A stretch of DNA of 64,000 nt from an uncultured virus (IMG/VR IMGVR_UViG_3300049139_000197). Its lineage: Duplodnaviria > Heunggongvirae > Uroviricota > Caudoviricetes. The DNA lies in the IMG/VR virus record IMGVR_UViG_3300049139_000197; one strand, written 5' to 3'. Positions 39,580-48,835 of this stretch are shown piece after piece. Position 1 is the stretch's first letter; each line of letters opens with the position of its first letter. Made by a program: the position numbers and the translations under genes. The notes under the pieces are model-generated. The model saw nothing but the letters and a program-made list of their open reading frames with translations. It was not told the DNA's origin and made no database searches.

Positions 39580-41000
39580 GCCGCCACCTGCCACTCCTGG
39601 AACGGCACTCCGGCGGCGGCGCACACCGCGTGCGCGGCCAGCAGCGGCGGAACAGCGTTGCCGACCTGCTCGAACTGCTTCGTTCTCGTGCCCTGCCACG
39701 GGTACGAGGCAGGGAAGGACTGGAGAACTGACGCCTCCGGCACCGTGATGCGCACCGTGTCCGGACTGGAGAACTGCGACTCACCCTTCGGGGACCGGTC
39801 ACGATGCCCAGGAGCAGCAACACGGTTGGTGGCGCACACCGTGGTAGCGGGCCGGGTGTGAATCCACTCGTACTCGTTGCGCGCATGCCCGAAGTGCAGG
39901 GTTGCGGCTGGCTCCTCGATCGTGCGTACCGTGGCGTTGGCGCGGGCGTTGTGCTTGAGAACCCACTGCCCCCCCGATTTGCTGGTAAGGGCGGGGGCGG
40001 GTGCGGAGTGCGGGTCAGTCGTCTGACGGGAGCCGTCCGGCTTCTGATCCCGGTTGGTGTGCAGAATCCACGAACGGGCCTTCTCCGTCAGCGCCCACGA
40101 CGGCTCATCCACCGGGAAGTTATTGCCCCCCGGCGTCTTCCTGTCTCCCCGGGTGTTCACCACGTCCCGGCGATCCAGACCCAGCGCCTGGGCCATCGTC
40201 ACCCACGGCTGCCGCGGATCCTCGAACAACCCCTCCCCGCCACCCGCGTGCTTGCCGTGCGTGGCGGCCGGAGGACCGGCCTTCCGCACCGCCGACGCTA
40301 TGAGCACCGCGCGCTCCCGGGTCTGCGGCACCCCGTAGTCAGCGGCATTCAGCTTCCCCACCCACACCGACCAGCCGAACCGGCGCAGCTCCAGCGCGTA
40401 CACCTGCCACAGCGGAAGCACCGACGGAACCTGCTCGAACGCCGCCCACGCCAGCGGAACCCCGCCCGCCGTGTCACCGGTCAGGAGGGCATACAGGTAG
40501 CGGGCCGGCTCCAGCACCAGAACGGTCAGGAACGTGTCCTGCTGCGCGGCCGCCTCCACCCGGGCCTCAGTCCACCGCTTCCCCTCCGCGCGACCCTCGT
40601 TCTTCTCCCGCTGCTCAGCCAGAGCCAGCGGATAGATCTGGTCACGGAGCTCCTGACGGCAGTCGTCGCCACGCATCATCCGCTGAACACCCGTGGCCAA
40701 TAGCTTCATCACACGGTTCCCGAAGCCGTCACCAGCCGCGGAGAACTTCGTGCACGGCGGGGAGGCGATCAGCCCCCACACCCTCCCGACGACCGGACCC
40801 AACACGAAGCACGACACGTCCACCCGGATCGTCGTGTGACCGGCCGCCGCCCGGGTCCGGCACGCAGCCTCGTCCCACTCCAGACCCACATCGCGCAGAC
40901 CTAGGAAGCGGCGTATCCCCTCCGACCATCCGCCCGGGCCCGCAAACAGGTCCAGGACGATGCCCTTCTGCTGCGGCGCCCAGGCCGCGGCGAAGGCCAT
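39576..41000 (-). CDS. C5 DNA cytosine methyltransferase
   Basis: DLFAGPGG, ASPPCTKFS, FEQV, YGVPQTRER, QSFP...QVGNAVP. Confidence 0.93.
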   Translation of the reverse strand: MAFAAAWAPQQKGIVLDLFAGPGGWSEGIRRFLGLRDVGLEWDEAACRTRAAAGHTTIRVDVSCFVLGPVVGRVWGLIASPPCTKFSAAGDGFGNRVMKLLATGVQRMMRGDDCRQELRDQIYPLALAEQREKNEGRAEGKRWTEARVEAAAQQDTFLTVLVLEPARYLYALLTGDTAGGVPLAWAAFEQVPSVLPLWQVYALELRRFGWSVWVGKLNAADYGVPQTRERAVLIASAVRKAGPPAATHGKHAGGGEGLFEDPRQPWVTMAQALGLDRRDVVNTRGDRKTPGGNNFPVDEPSWALTEKARSWILHTNRDQKPDGSRQTTDPHSAPAPALTSKSGGQWVLKHNARANATVRTIEEPAATLHFGHARNEYEWIHTRPATTVCATNRVAAPGHRDRSPKGESQFSSPDTVRITVPEASVLQSFPASYPWQGTRTKQFEQVGNAVPPLLAAHAVCAAAGVPFQEWQVAA

Positions 41001-41854
41001 CAGGCGGCCTGCCCTTCCCCGGCGCCGCCCTGAGCGGACTGAATCTCGGCAATACGGTCGTCCAGGACCTTCCGCAGCGTGGTCACGGCACCCCGCTTGC
41101 CCGTGAACTCCTCGTCCAAGACCTTGTGAGCGTCGCCGTCCGCCTTGATCTGCTCCAGGACGCCCACGGGACCGCCCCAGCAGTCCGTCGTCTGCGCCAT
41201 CAACTTGGACAGATGCTCGCTCGGGCCCGCCGGAACAGGACTCGGCCGATCCTGCCGAGCAGGCCGCGCGTTGCCCGTGACGTAGCCGTCATCCTCAGCG
41301 GTCTTCGGGTGCTCGGTCTGCGCCTCCCGCAGATCCGACTTCGCCCACAGATCCAGCGCCGCACCGAACCGCATCGCCGCGTTCCGCAGCGCGTCCCCGA
41401 TCGCCTCCTTCACGGCGTTCGGGCCCTTCTTGCCCTGCGAGTCGCCGTACCCGAGCCGCGTGTGGCCGCACACCGTCAGCCGGATCCACAGCCCACCGTT
41501 CTCGTCGAACTGCGGAAGACCCCGCTGGTCGAACGCGACCGGCTCCCATGACCACAGCGGATCGGCGTCGAGCAGCCGGTTCGTCAGCTCCGCGTGGCCG
41601 ACGTAGTCCAGGTGGAGGTGGTAGACGCTGACGTAGTTCCCGCAGGTCTTGCACTCCGACTTCGCGTGCCGGGGGTTCTCGCAGACCTTGTTCCGGGAGT
41701 CGCGGCACTGGGGGCACTTCAGCCGCGGAAGCTGCTGGATCTGCTCGTCGGGGAAGGCGGCGCGCAGAACAGCGAGCTTCGCGGCCTGGTTTTGGGTGTG
41801 CGAGGTCTGGCCCTCCGCCATCGTGCCGGCGGGGGCCTCCGTGGCATGCGCCAT
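41000..41854 (-). CDS. Rad52/Rad22-like single-strand annealing protein
   Basis: LDYVGHAELTNRL...WSWE...IRLTVCG.TR...KEAIGDALRNAAMRFG. Confidence 0.75.
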   Translation of the reverse strand: MAHATEAPAGTMAEGQTSHTQNQAAKLAVLRAAFPDEQIQQLPRLKCPQCRDSRNKVCENPRHAKSECKTCGNYVSVYHLHLDYVGHAELTNRLLDADPLWSWEPVAFDQRGLPQFDENGGLWIRLTVCGHTRLGYGDSQGKKGPNAVKEAIGDALRNAAMRFGAALDLWAKSDLREAQTEHPKTAEDDGYVTGNARPARQDRPSPVPAGPSEHLSKLMAQTTDCWGGPVGVLEQIKADGDAHKVLDEEFTGKRGAVTTLRKVLDDRIAEIQSAQGGAGEGQAA

Positions 41855-41947
41855 TGAGGTCTCTTCTCCTATGAGAGTTGTGCGATGTACGGGGGTGTCA
41901 GGCCGGCCCAGTGTCGGCATCCAGACCAGCCCACACCCACAAGCCGA

Positions 41948-42427
41948 TCAGTCCAGCGGGCGCTCCACGCCCAGCTCCTCCAGCAGCCACTCGATAACGA
42001 TCGACGACAGTGTGATCCGGTACCCGGCCTCCGAGATCGCGGCAGGCAGCGCCTTGCGCACCTCATCCCGCAGGCTCTCCGGCAGCGTCACCGTCAGCGT
42101 CGTCTTCGAGTAGCCAGCACTGCCCCGCACTTGAACCACACGCGGCGGCACGAAATCCCCGGCCAGGAACGCCCGGAGGCCCTCCGTTGCCGAGTTCGAC
42201 AGCACGGTGCCCGTGGCCTGAGCCGCTTCCACGATGCGTTCCTTCAGGCGGCGGTCCATCGTCAGCGGCAGCGACACCACATCTGTTTGCGTGGGCCCGG
42301 ACTCCCGGATCAACGTCCACCCGCCGGGCGCGATGACCGCCTCGACGTCCAAGGCGGCTTCCTCATGTCCTTCGGAGCGCAGCAGCTGGGCGGCGGTCTT
42401 CAGGCGGTCACGGTGCGGACGGGCCAC
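41948..42427 (-). CDS. tandem ribbon-helix-helix DNA-binding protein
   Basis: Two strand-helix-helix units (SLPLTMDRRLKERI...LRAFL; TLTVTLPESLRDEV...IEWLL); GAAAGGA RBS before GTG. Confidence 0.6.
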   Translation of the reverse strand: MARPHRDRLKTAAQLLRSEGHEEAALDVEAVIAPGGWTLIRESGPTQTDVVSLPLTMDRRLKERIVEAAQATGTVLSNSATEGLRAFLAGDFVPPRVVQVRGSAGYSKTTLTVTLPESLRDEVRKALPAAISEAGYRITLSSIVIEWLLEELGVERPLD

Positions 42428-42579
42428 GAGGCGGGGTCCTTTCGGTCGGCGCCCTACCGTCCGGGGCCAGGCCGGGCGGGCGCGTGGGGGCATTGCCCAC
42501 CAGTGTCCTCCAATCAGCATTGCCACGTCATGCCGAACTCGGTATGGCCGTGTCGGGACGGGGTGTCCCTGTGACCACA

Positions 42580-42627
42580 ACAGTACAACCAAAGGCATTG
42601 CCATGGCAATGCTTTAGGGTCTACGGT
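42580..42627. promoter_or_regulatory. bidirectional promoter with perfect palindrome GCATTGCCATGGCAATGC (42595-42612)
   Basis: TTGCCA-18-TACGGT on the plus strand and TTGCCA-18-TACTGT on the minus strand. Confidence 0.75.
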
Positions 42628-42656
42628 GGAACCACCGCACCAGCAAGGGGGACCCG

Positions 42657-43055
42657 ATGAAGCTGACGGCGAAGCAGACCACCACCAAGACCCTGATCGA
42701 CCTGTACCGCAGCATTGACCGCCAGCAGGTCGTGACCCTCACATACCGCGATGCCGACGGGACCGAGACCATCCGCACCGTGGAGCCCTGGTCGCTGCGC
42801 ACCACCAAGTCCGGCCGCATCCAGCTCCGCGCCGGCTGCCGCCTCCGCGGCGACGCCCGCTCCTTCTACGTCGACCAGGTCGTCTCCTACACGACCCACC
42901 GGATCGGCTTCGTCCTGGAGCAGCCGGAGGCAACGACCCCCGCCGGACGCGGCATCGTGGTCCGCAGCGAAAGCCAGCTCATCGCCCGCGAACTCGGCCG
43001 CGACTACCTCCCCCGCACCGCCGTCACCCGCTCCACCACCGCACTCGCCGCCTAG
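42657..43055 (+). CDS. stand-alone WYL domain protein
   Basis: SIDRQQVVTLTYRDADG.ETIRTVEPW.L...L.A.C.LRGDARSFYVDQV. Confidence 0.8.
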   Translation: MKLTAKQTTTKTLIDLYRSIDRQQVVTLTYRDADGTETIRTVEPWSLRTTKSGRIQLRAGCRLRGDARSFYVDQVVSYTTHRIGFVLEQPEATTPAGRGIVVRSESQLIARELGRDYLPRTAVTRSTTALAA

Positions 43056-43063
43056 GAGAACCC

Positions 43064-43414
43064 GTGAGCCAGCAGCCGCACATGCTCATCACCCCCGAGC
43101 GCGGCAAAGAACTCCGCCGCGCAGCCACCCACCACGCCGCGATGATCCTCATCACCGCCCTGCGCGCGGGCTGGGACCCTGACCACTACTTCCCGAACGA
43201 CGCCGAGCGGGAGCTGGTCCTCGAAGAGGTAGAACGCATTGGGTTGGAGTTGAAGGCCCGCGCCCTGGCCGGAACCGTGCAGCGCTGCGGTCACTGCAAC
43301 TTTCCGTACCGGGTAAAGGCCGACGGCACCATGCACCGCCACACGGGGGTCGACCCTGCTGGCTTTTCCACCCGTGAGGCGTGCCCGGGCGTTGGCCAGC
43401 CGCCCGCTGTCTGA
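43064..43414 (+). CDS. hypothetical protein
   Basis: AGGAG RBS; hairpin at 43431-43456 follows. Confidence 0.65.
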   Translation: MSQQPHMLITPERGKELRRAATHHAAMILITALRAGWDPDHYFPNDAERELVLEEVERIGLELKARALAGTVQRCGHCNFPYRVKADGTMHRHTGVDPAGFSTREACPGVGQPPAV

Positions 43415-43538
43415 CCCCGGAAACATCGAAGGCCACCTCCCGAACCGGGGGTGGCCTGCCCATGAGGGTTACGCAAGGCTCAGCCTACAAAATCATGTTG
43501 CCATCGCACCACCCCTTCCACGGAACACACTGGATCTC

Positions 43539-43742
43539 ATGGCGATACAGCGTCAGGAAGCCCTGCCGGAGGTGGAGTCCGGGCCGCGCCGACGGGTGTG
43601 GTGCAAGGCCCCCGGCTGCCGGATCGAGTTGACCGACCCCATCTCGCGACAGCGCGGTCTGGGACCGGAGCACGACCCCGAGCCCCGTCACGGTAGCCGT
43701 GTGCGGTTCGACATCGACCAAGACGCCATACCCGGCCTGTGA
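43539..43742 (+). CDS. DUF6011-like small protein
   Basis: C...CRIELTDPISRQRGLGPE. Confidence 0.6.
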   Translation: MAIQRQEALPEVESGPRRRVWCKAPGCRIELTDPISRQRGLGPEHDPEPRHGSRVRFDIDQDAIPGL

Positions 43743-43772
43743 CATGCCCGTCGTCCTGTAGAAGGGAACCCC

Positions 43773-44051
43773 ATGAACGACACCCAGTCCCTGCGTGCCG
43801 CCCTCGCCGCCTCCGCGGCGGCTGAGGAGGCTTCCCCCTCGCGGGTGTGGGCGCCCGTCGACCACCCCGGGCCGTGCCGGCCGCCGTTCCTGGCGCGCAC
43901 CCGGGACTGCGACTGCTCCCGCTGCTGCGCCGCCGCCCCACACGAGCCCGGCTGCTCCCAGCCGGAAACACCCGAGTGCACCTGTCCGCCCGACGGCGAG
44001 TACCACCTGTCCGACTGCCCCGAAGTTGAAGGAGAAGCCGATGCCTGCTGA
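43773..44051 (+). CDS. Cys-rich hypothetical protein
   Basis: GAAGGG RBS. Confidence 0.5.
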   Translation: MNDTQSLRAALAASAAAEEASPSRVWAPVDHPGPCRPPFLARTRDCDCSRCCAAAPHEPGCSQPETPECTCPPDGEYHLSDCPEVEGEADAC

Positions 44052-44505
44052 GTTCACTGCCGAGGAGATCCGTGTGTGCCACGAGGCCCTGGAGTTCGAC
44101 CACGAGTGCATCGTGTGCACCACGCTGGGTCAGGACACGGAGCGGCCGGATGAGGCGATCCCCGGCACCGACTACTGACCAGCCTCACCTGCTGGCGCCT
44201 CTCCCACGTCAGGGAGGGGCGCCGGTTGCGTATCGAGGACACGCCGCAGGGGAGCGGGGGGAACGCGGGCGCGGATCGGTCGTAGCGTGTGCTCAGGATC
44301 GGCGAACGCACGCAGCACACCCCCAGGCACTCTCACCTGCAAGTTTCAGCAAAACCTCGGGACCCCCAGCCCCCGATAGCCCGTTGTGGTGCACGACCCG
44401 GACCCAGCACCGCCCCTCGCCCACGCGACCTCCCCTGAGTGGGAGGGGCCCGAGGTTTTACCCAGAATCTTGATCTAGAGACCGGGGCAGGCATACTGAG
44501 GGCTC

Positions 44506-45363
44506 ATGGACCCCCTCACGCTCCTGGACGACTGGCTCACCACGGCGCTCCTGCGCTCCTCCAGCCGCATCGAATACCAGCGTGAGGTCACCCGCTGGCT
44601 GACCTGGTGCGTGGCGCAGCGTCCCCCGGTCAACCCCTATGACTGCGGCATCGAGCATGTGGCCGCCTGGGCCGGCACGTTCCTCACCGAGCAGCTCGGC
44701 GGCCGGCCCTTCGACGGCCCTTCAGCTCTCGCCCATGTTGCCGAGCACCACCGCGCCTCAGCGTTGACCCACGACCGGCGCATCACCGCACTCACCCAGT
44801 ACTACGAGGCGTGCAAGGACCGCGGCGCCATCCGCCTGGTCCCCGACCTCACGATGCTCCGCTCCGGGGTCGACCGCGACGCCACCCCACCCCGCCGGCT
44901 CACCCCCATGGAACGCGCCGTGTTCCTCACCTGCATCGGCATGTGGGGACCCGACCGCGCCCGCCACTACCGCCGCGACCGCCTCATCGCCTACCTCCTC
45001 CTTGAAGGCCTACGGCCAGCCGAAGTCGCCCGCGTCGACATGCGCCACCTCTACGACCTCGGCGACGGCACCTGGGAAGTCCGCGCCCCCGACTACGAAT
45101 ACGAGAACGTCGGCAAGAAGCACGTCCTCGAGCCGCTCACCGCGGCCGCACTCAAGGACTACCTGCCCCACCGCATCCGGCCAGCCGACAACGTCCACAC
45201 CCTCATCACCGTCCAGGGCGGACGCCCGATCGAGTCCGGCTACCCCAACCTCATCATCCGGCAGATGGCCGCCACCCACCCGATCCTTGCGGAACGCACC
45301 CCACCCGTCACCGCCGACACCCTCGCCCACACCGGCTACTGGGACGCCCCGCCAGCCGGATAG
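44506..45363 (+). CDS. tyrosine recombinase-like protein, C-terminally truncated
   Basis: SAM-like N-terminus, RDRLIAYLLLEGLRPAEV box I; box II degenerate (TADTLAHT) and followed by a stop. Confidence 0.75.
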   Translation: MDPLTLLDDWLTTALLRSSSRIEYQREVTRWLTWCVAQRPPVNPYDCGIEHVAAWAGTFLTEQLGGRPFDGPSALAHVAEHHRASALTHDRRITALTQYYEACKDRGAIRLVPDLTMLRSGVDRDATPPRRLTPMERAVFLTCIGMWGPDRARHYRRDRLIAYLLLEGLRPAEVARVDMRHLYDLGDGTWEVRAPDYEYENVGKKHVLEPLTAAALKDYLPHRIRPADNVHTLITVQGGRPIESGYPNLIIRQMAATHPILAERTPPVTADTLAHTGYWDAPPAG

Positions 45364-45372
45364 CCTGCGACC

Positions 45373-45591
45373 ATGACCAGGCGCACCGTCATCACCTGCA
45401 CCCGCTGCTCCACACCGGCCGAGATCCCGTATGACGGCCACCATGGACCACTGTGGGACGCCGGGTGGCGGTGGATCGGCTCTCAGAACCTCTTCTCCTG
45501 CCCTGCATGCCCGCCCGCCATCGTGGTCACCGAGGACGGCCGACACCAGCTCGGGCCGGGAACGGGAAAGGCATGTGACCCGCCGGTATAG
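45373..45591 (+). CDS. small Zn-finger protein
   Basis: CTRC...CPAC. Confidence 0.55.
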   Translation: MTRRTVITCTRCSTPAEIPYDGHHGPLWDAGWRWIGSQNLFSCPACPPAIVVTEDGRHQLGPGTGKACDPPV

Positions 45592-45627
45592 CCTTCGCCG
45601 GACGCCAGGGTTGGGCAGGATCCACAC

Positions 45628-45951
45628 ATGACCTGCGAAGACGAACCCACCCGCTTGACCTGGCAGATCCAACTCCACGAACCACACAGCGGCGTATGGC
45701 TCAGCCGAGACTACGGCCGTGCCACCACCACAGCCGCCCCGGCAGACATCGCCCGCGCCGTCCTCGCCAGCTACCTGGCCGCCACCCCGCCCCGCTACGG
45801 GGAAACGTTCCGCGCCATCGCCCGACCCGACGGCGGCCCGGCCGTCACCGTGACCGCCACCGACCTCGACCCCGACGCCGTCACCACAGACCCGGCCGTC
45901 CGCCAGGCGCTCCCCCTGTACCTGCGGGACGCGCTCCCGACCGGCGGCTAG
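45628..45951 (+). CDS. hypothetical protein
   Basis: AGGA RBS; GC3 bias. Confidence 0.6.
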   Translation: MTCEDEPTRLTWQIQLHEPHSGVWLSRDYGRATTTAAPADIARAVLASYLAATPPRYGETFRAIARPDGGPAVTVTATDLDPDAVTTDPAVRQALPLYLRDALPTGG

Positions 45952-47021
45952 TCGTCCGTGCTGGGCAGGCGTTCGGCGATCCGCGCGGCGATGCGGTATC
46001 CGGGGCTGTTGTCGAGACGGCCGCGCCTCCGGTCGTAACGGCGGGTGGTGCGCGGGTCTTTGTGGTCGGCGAAGTCCTGGACGTGGTGGAGCTTGGCGTC
46101 GGGGGCGTCCAGGGCGTGGGTGACGGCGTCGTGCTTGAGGACGTGAGGGTGGAAGGTGGCGGCGTTGGCGATGCCGGCCTTCTTGGCGAGGCGTCGTACG
46201 AGTCGCCAGACGTAGGCGGGGTCGAGTGGGTTGCCGGTGCGGGTCTGGAACAGGGGGCCCGTGGTGCGGCCGTTGAGGTAGACGTCGATGGCGTGCCCGG
46301 TGGAGGGCGGCACCGCCTTGGGCTTGCGGCGGCCACCCTTCAGACGGACGTTGAGGATGCGGTGGCCCTTGTCGTGGCCGAGGTCTTCCACGCGGGCGGC
46401 GAGGGCGGAGTCGAGGCGCAGCGCCATGGAGTACATGGACAGCAGCAGGGCATAGGCACGCGGGCCGTCCGCGTACGCGACGGTGAGGAGCAGCGCGGAC
46501 TCTTCTTCGGTGCTGCCTTGGGTGTCGGAGCCGTCCTGGTCGAGCTCGGGGCGGGCGACGAGGTCGAAGGGGTCCATCTCGGCGGCGCGGGCGCGGACGG
46601 CGTAGGTGTAGAAGGAGGAGCAGGCGGAGAGCAGGTTGGCGCGGGCGGCGTCGGAGCGCGGCGGGCCGGTGGGTGCCTTCTCCCCTCGGTGGCCTCCCTT
46701 CACCGGTTGCAGGGTGGGCGCGGTTTCGAGGTGGCGGGAGAACGCTTCGGCCAGCGGGAAGCGAGCCTGGAGCGGGTGGGTGTTGGTCTCGCGGGCGTAG
46801 GTGTCCCACACGCGGTATTGGCGGACGTAGGTGCGGCGGGTGTTCACCGTCTTCTGCCGGGCGATCCAGGCGCCGACGAGTCCGGGGTAGAGGTCGCCTG
46901 CCGGGTAGTGGTCGGCGAGTTCGGTGGCGAAGTCGAGGGCTTCGGGTGGCCAGTCGTCGGCTGCGCTGCGGGTGCGCGCGGCGAGCTGGCCGGGGCGCGC
47001 ACGGGGGACGAGCTCGGTCAC
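45948..47021 (-). CDS. tyrosine recombinase (XerC/D-like)
   Basis: ALRLDSAL, LKGG, HPHVLKH, VQDFADHKDPRTTRRYD. Confidence 0.9.
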   Translation of the reverse strand: MTELVPRARPGQLAARTRSAADDWPPEALDFATELADHYPAGDLYPGLVGAWIARQKTVNTRRTYVRQYRVWDTYARETNTHPLQARFPLAEAFSRHLETAPTLQPVKGGHRGEKAPTGPPRSDAARANLLSACSSFYTYAVRARAAEMDPFDLVARPELDQDGSDTQGSTEEESALLLTVAYADGPRAYALLLSMYSMALRLDSALAARVEDLGHDKGHRILNVRLKGGRRKPKAVPPSTGHAIDVYLNGRTTGPLFQTRTGNPLDPAYVWRLVRRLAKKAGIANAATFHPHVLKHDAVTHALDAPDAKLHHVQDFADHKDPRTTRRYDRRRGRLDNSPGYRIAARIAERLPSTDD

Positions 47022-47563
47022 GCCGGTCCGTCCGGGTTTCCGTGCACCATGCGGTTGGTGATGCGCTGGATCTGCTGTTCGTCCAGACCCTCGTCCCGCA
47101 TGGCCTGTTCGGCCGCCCGCGCCTTCTCCTGGACCTGTTCCAGCTGACGGTGCCGCTTCCGTTCCTCGCTGGCGGCCTCGATCTCCGCCAAGAGGGCCTT
47201 GCCCTCATCCTCCGTCACTGGCTCGCCATCGATCAGGTAGGAGGTGAAGCCACTGATGTACTTCGGGGATGAGTCCACGAAGGTGCCAGGCGTGATCTTC
47301 TCGCCGCACAGCGGGCACTCGAACCATGTGTCGGTGTGCTCGTCATCGCAGTCGGGGCACCAGTACGGTTCGCTCTCCCGCAGGACCAGGGTGGGGTACC
47401 TGTCCGGGGCGGGCCCATCCGCTCCGTAGGCGTGGCGGTGCCCGGCGTGGTCGGTGTAGGTCCACCGGGGGTCCGGCTGGGGCAGGGCCGTGGTGACCTC
47501 GATCCGTTCTGTCTCGATCTCCAGGGTGCGCCCCTCGTGGTGCAGCTCCATGACGGTGGCCAC
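47018..47563 (-). CDS. hypothetical Zn-finger protein
   Basis: CPDC...CPLCG; coupled to the recombinase. Confidence 0.65.
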   Translation of the reverse strand: MATVMELHHEGRTLEIETERIEVTTALPQPDPRWTYTDHAGHRHAYGADGPAPDRYPTLVLRESEPYWCPDCDDEHTDTWFECPLCGEKITPGTFVDSSPKYISGFTSYLIDGEPVTEDEGKALLAEIEAASEERKRHRQLEQVQEKARAAEQAMRDEGLDEQQIQRITNRMVHGNPDGPA

Positions 47564-47603
47564 GGCGTCTCCCTCCGCGCTTCGGTCCCCCGCCCGTGCG
47601 GGA

Positions 47604-47631
47604 GGTCCACATAACAGTAATTATCTAGTAC
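47604..47631. other. dif-like recombination site (11-6-11)
   Basis: GGTCCACATAA-CAGTAA-TTATCTAGTAC, an AT-rich island near the recombinases. Confidence 0.6.
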
Positions 47632-47739
47632 GTGGGGCGGTGTGATCCCTCGGCAGGCCGATCAGAGGTGTGCCGGGGCGATTAACACACGTTATGCGCT
47701 GCGCAGGCAGCCATCCTGCGCGTGCCGCTTCCGCGCGGG

Positions 47740-47946
47740 TCAACGGGAGCCACGAGGTGACCGACCGGAGTTCGCGATCAGAAGTCCACCGCCGGCCGCC
47801 ATGAGCCCGCCCACGCCCGTGCCGATCCCCAGACCGGGAGCGTCGAACAGGACGGCCTGACCCACGGCCATAGCGAGCAGGGTGCCCGCGACGAGGCCGC
47901 AGATGGTCGCGGCCACGACGCGCCACGTGATGCGCAGTTCCGTCAC
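47740..47946 (-). CDS. small membrane protein
   Basis: Two hydrophobic segments; GGGAG RBS. Confidence 0.55.
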   Translation of the reverse strand: MTELRITWRVVAATICGLVAGTLLAMAVGQAVLFDAPGLGIGTGVGGLMAAGGGLLIANSGRSPRGSR

Positions 47947-48397
47947 TGAGGGACTCCCAGGTCGACTGATGGAACATTATCGAGAGTGAAGCGCATCGGT
48001 TCCCCGGCTGGCTGTGACGAGGCGGCGCCCCAGGCGTTCTCAGGTCATGAACGAACTGGCACAGCAGGTACAGCAGGCGTACGACCGTGGCGGGCGGAGT
48101 GAGGCGCGCCAAGTGCTCGTCGACACCTGCCTTGAGCGGGACTGGTCGAAGGACGAACTCGGTGAGGCCTTCGATCTCTACAGGAGCTACCCCACGGCGT
48201 AGGTTCCGCAGCAGCATCTCTCTGGCCTCGGCTTCGTCCGGGGCCAGAGTCGTCTGCGGAGACTCAGGTGAGCTTATCGCGTGTGACAGACCGTCAGATT
48301 CTTCGTCAGGAGCGATTCTCCGCTCAGGCCCTCGCGCGCGGATGCCGGGGCATCATATCCATTGCATAGCGTTCGCGATGCATGTAGCGTATGCGTC

Positions 48398-48835
48398 ATG
48401 AGGAAGAAGTTCGCCGAGATCAGCGACGCCGAGGGCAACAAGGACGTGGTCTTCGAGATCACGCCCGACCTCGCCGACGCGTTCATCGCCGCCATCCGCA
48501 ACGTGGTCGGTGTCGAGCCTCCGAGCCACGCCGAGTCATTCACGGACCTGATCGCCACCATTTCCCAGACCTCCCGCGTCATCCAGCACCTGGAGGAGTT
48601 CCGGGAGTTGGCCATGGTGGCTGCGGACAAGACCAGCCCGCACGCCGACCGCAAGGGCATCGCGATGGCCGCTGCCATGCCGCCCTCTCGGCTGTATCGG
48701 GTGCTGGAGAAGCACGGTCGACCGAAGAATCGTGCCAAGGCCTACGACGACGCGGTGCACCAGGCCATCGACGAGGGCGTGCAGGGCATCGGCGCCGTAC
48801 TGGACCGTGCCACCGAGATCGCCGACGAGAAGTGA
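48398..48835 (+). CDS. hypothetical protein, possible HTH
   Basis: RKGIAMAAAMPPSRLYRVL; leaderless-type promoter upstream. Confidence 0.7.
   Translation: MRKKFAEISDAEGNKDVVFEITPDLADAFIAAIRNVVGVEPPSHAESFTDLIATISQTSRVIQHLEEFRELAMVAADKTSPHADRKGIAMAAAMPPSRLYRVLEKHGRPKNRAKAYDDAVHQAIDEGVQGIGAVLDRATEIADEK

Noticed and set aside
47961..47990. Possible third dif-like site (GATGGAACATTATCGAG)
   Set aside because: The left arm lacks the ATAA/TTAA core; more likely the -10 region of the 47740-47946 gene
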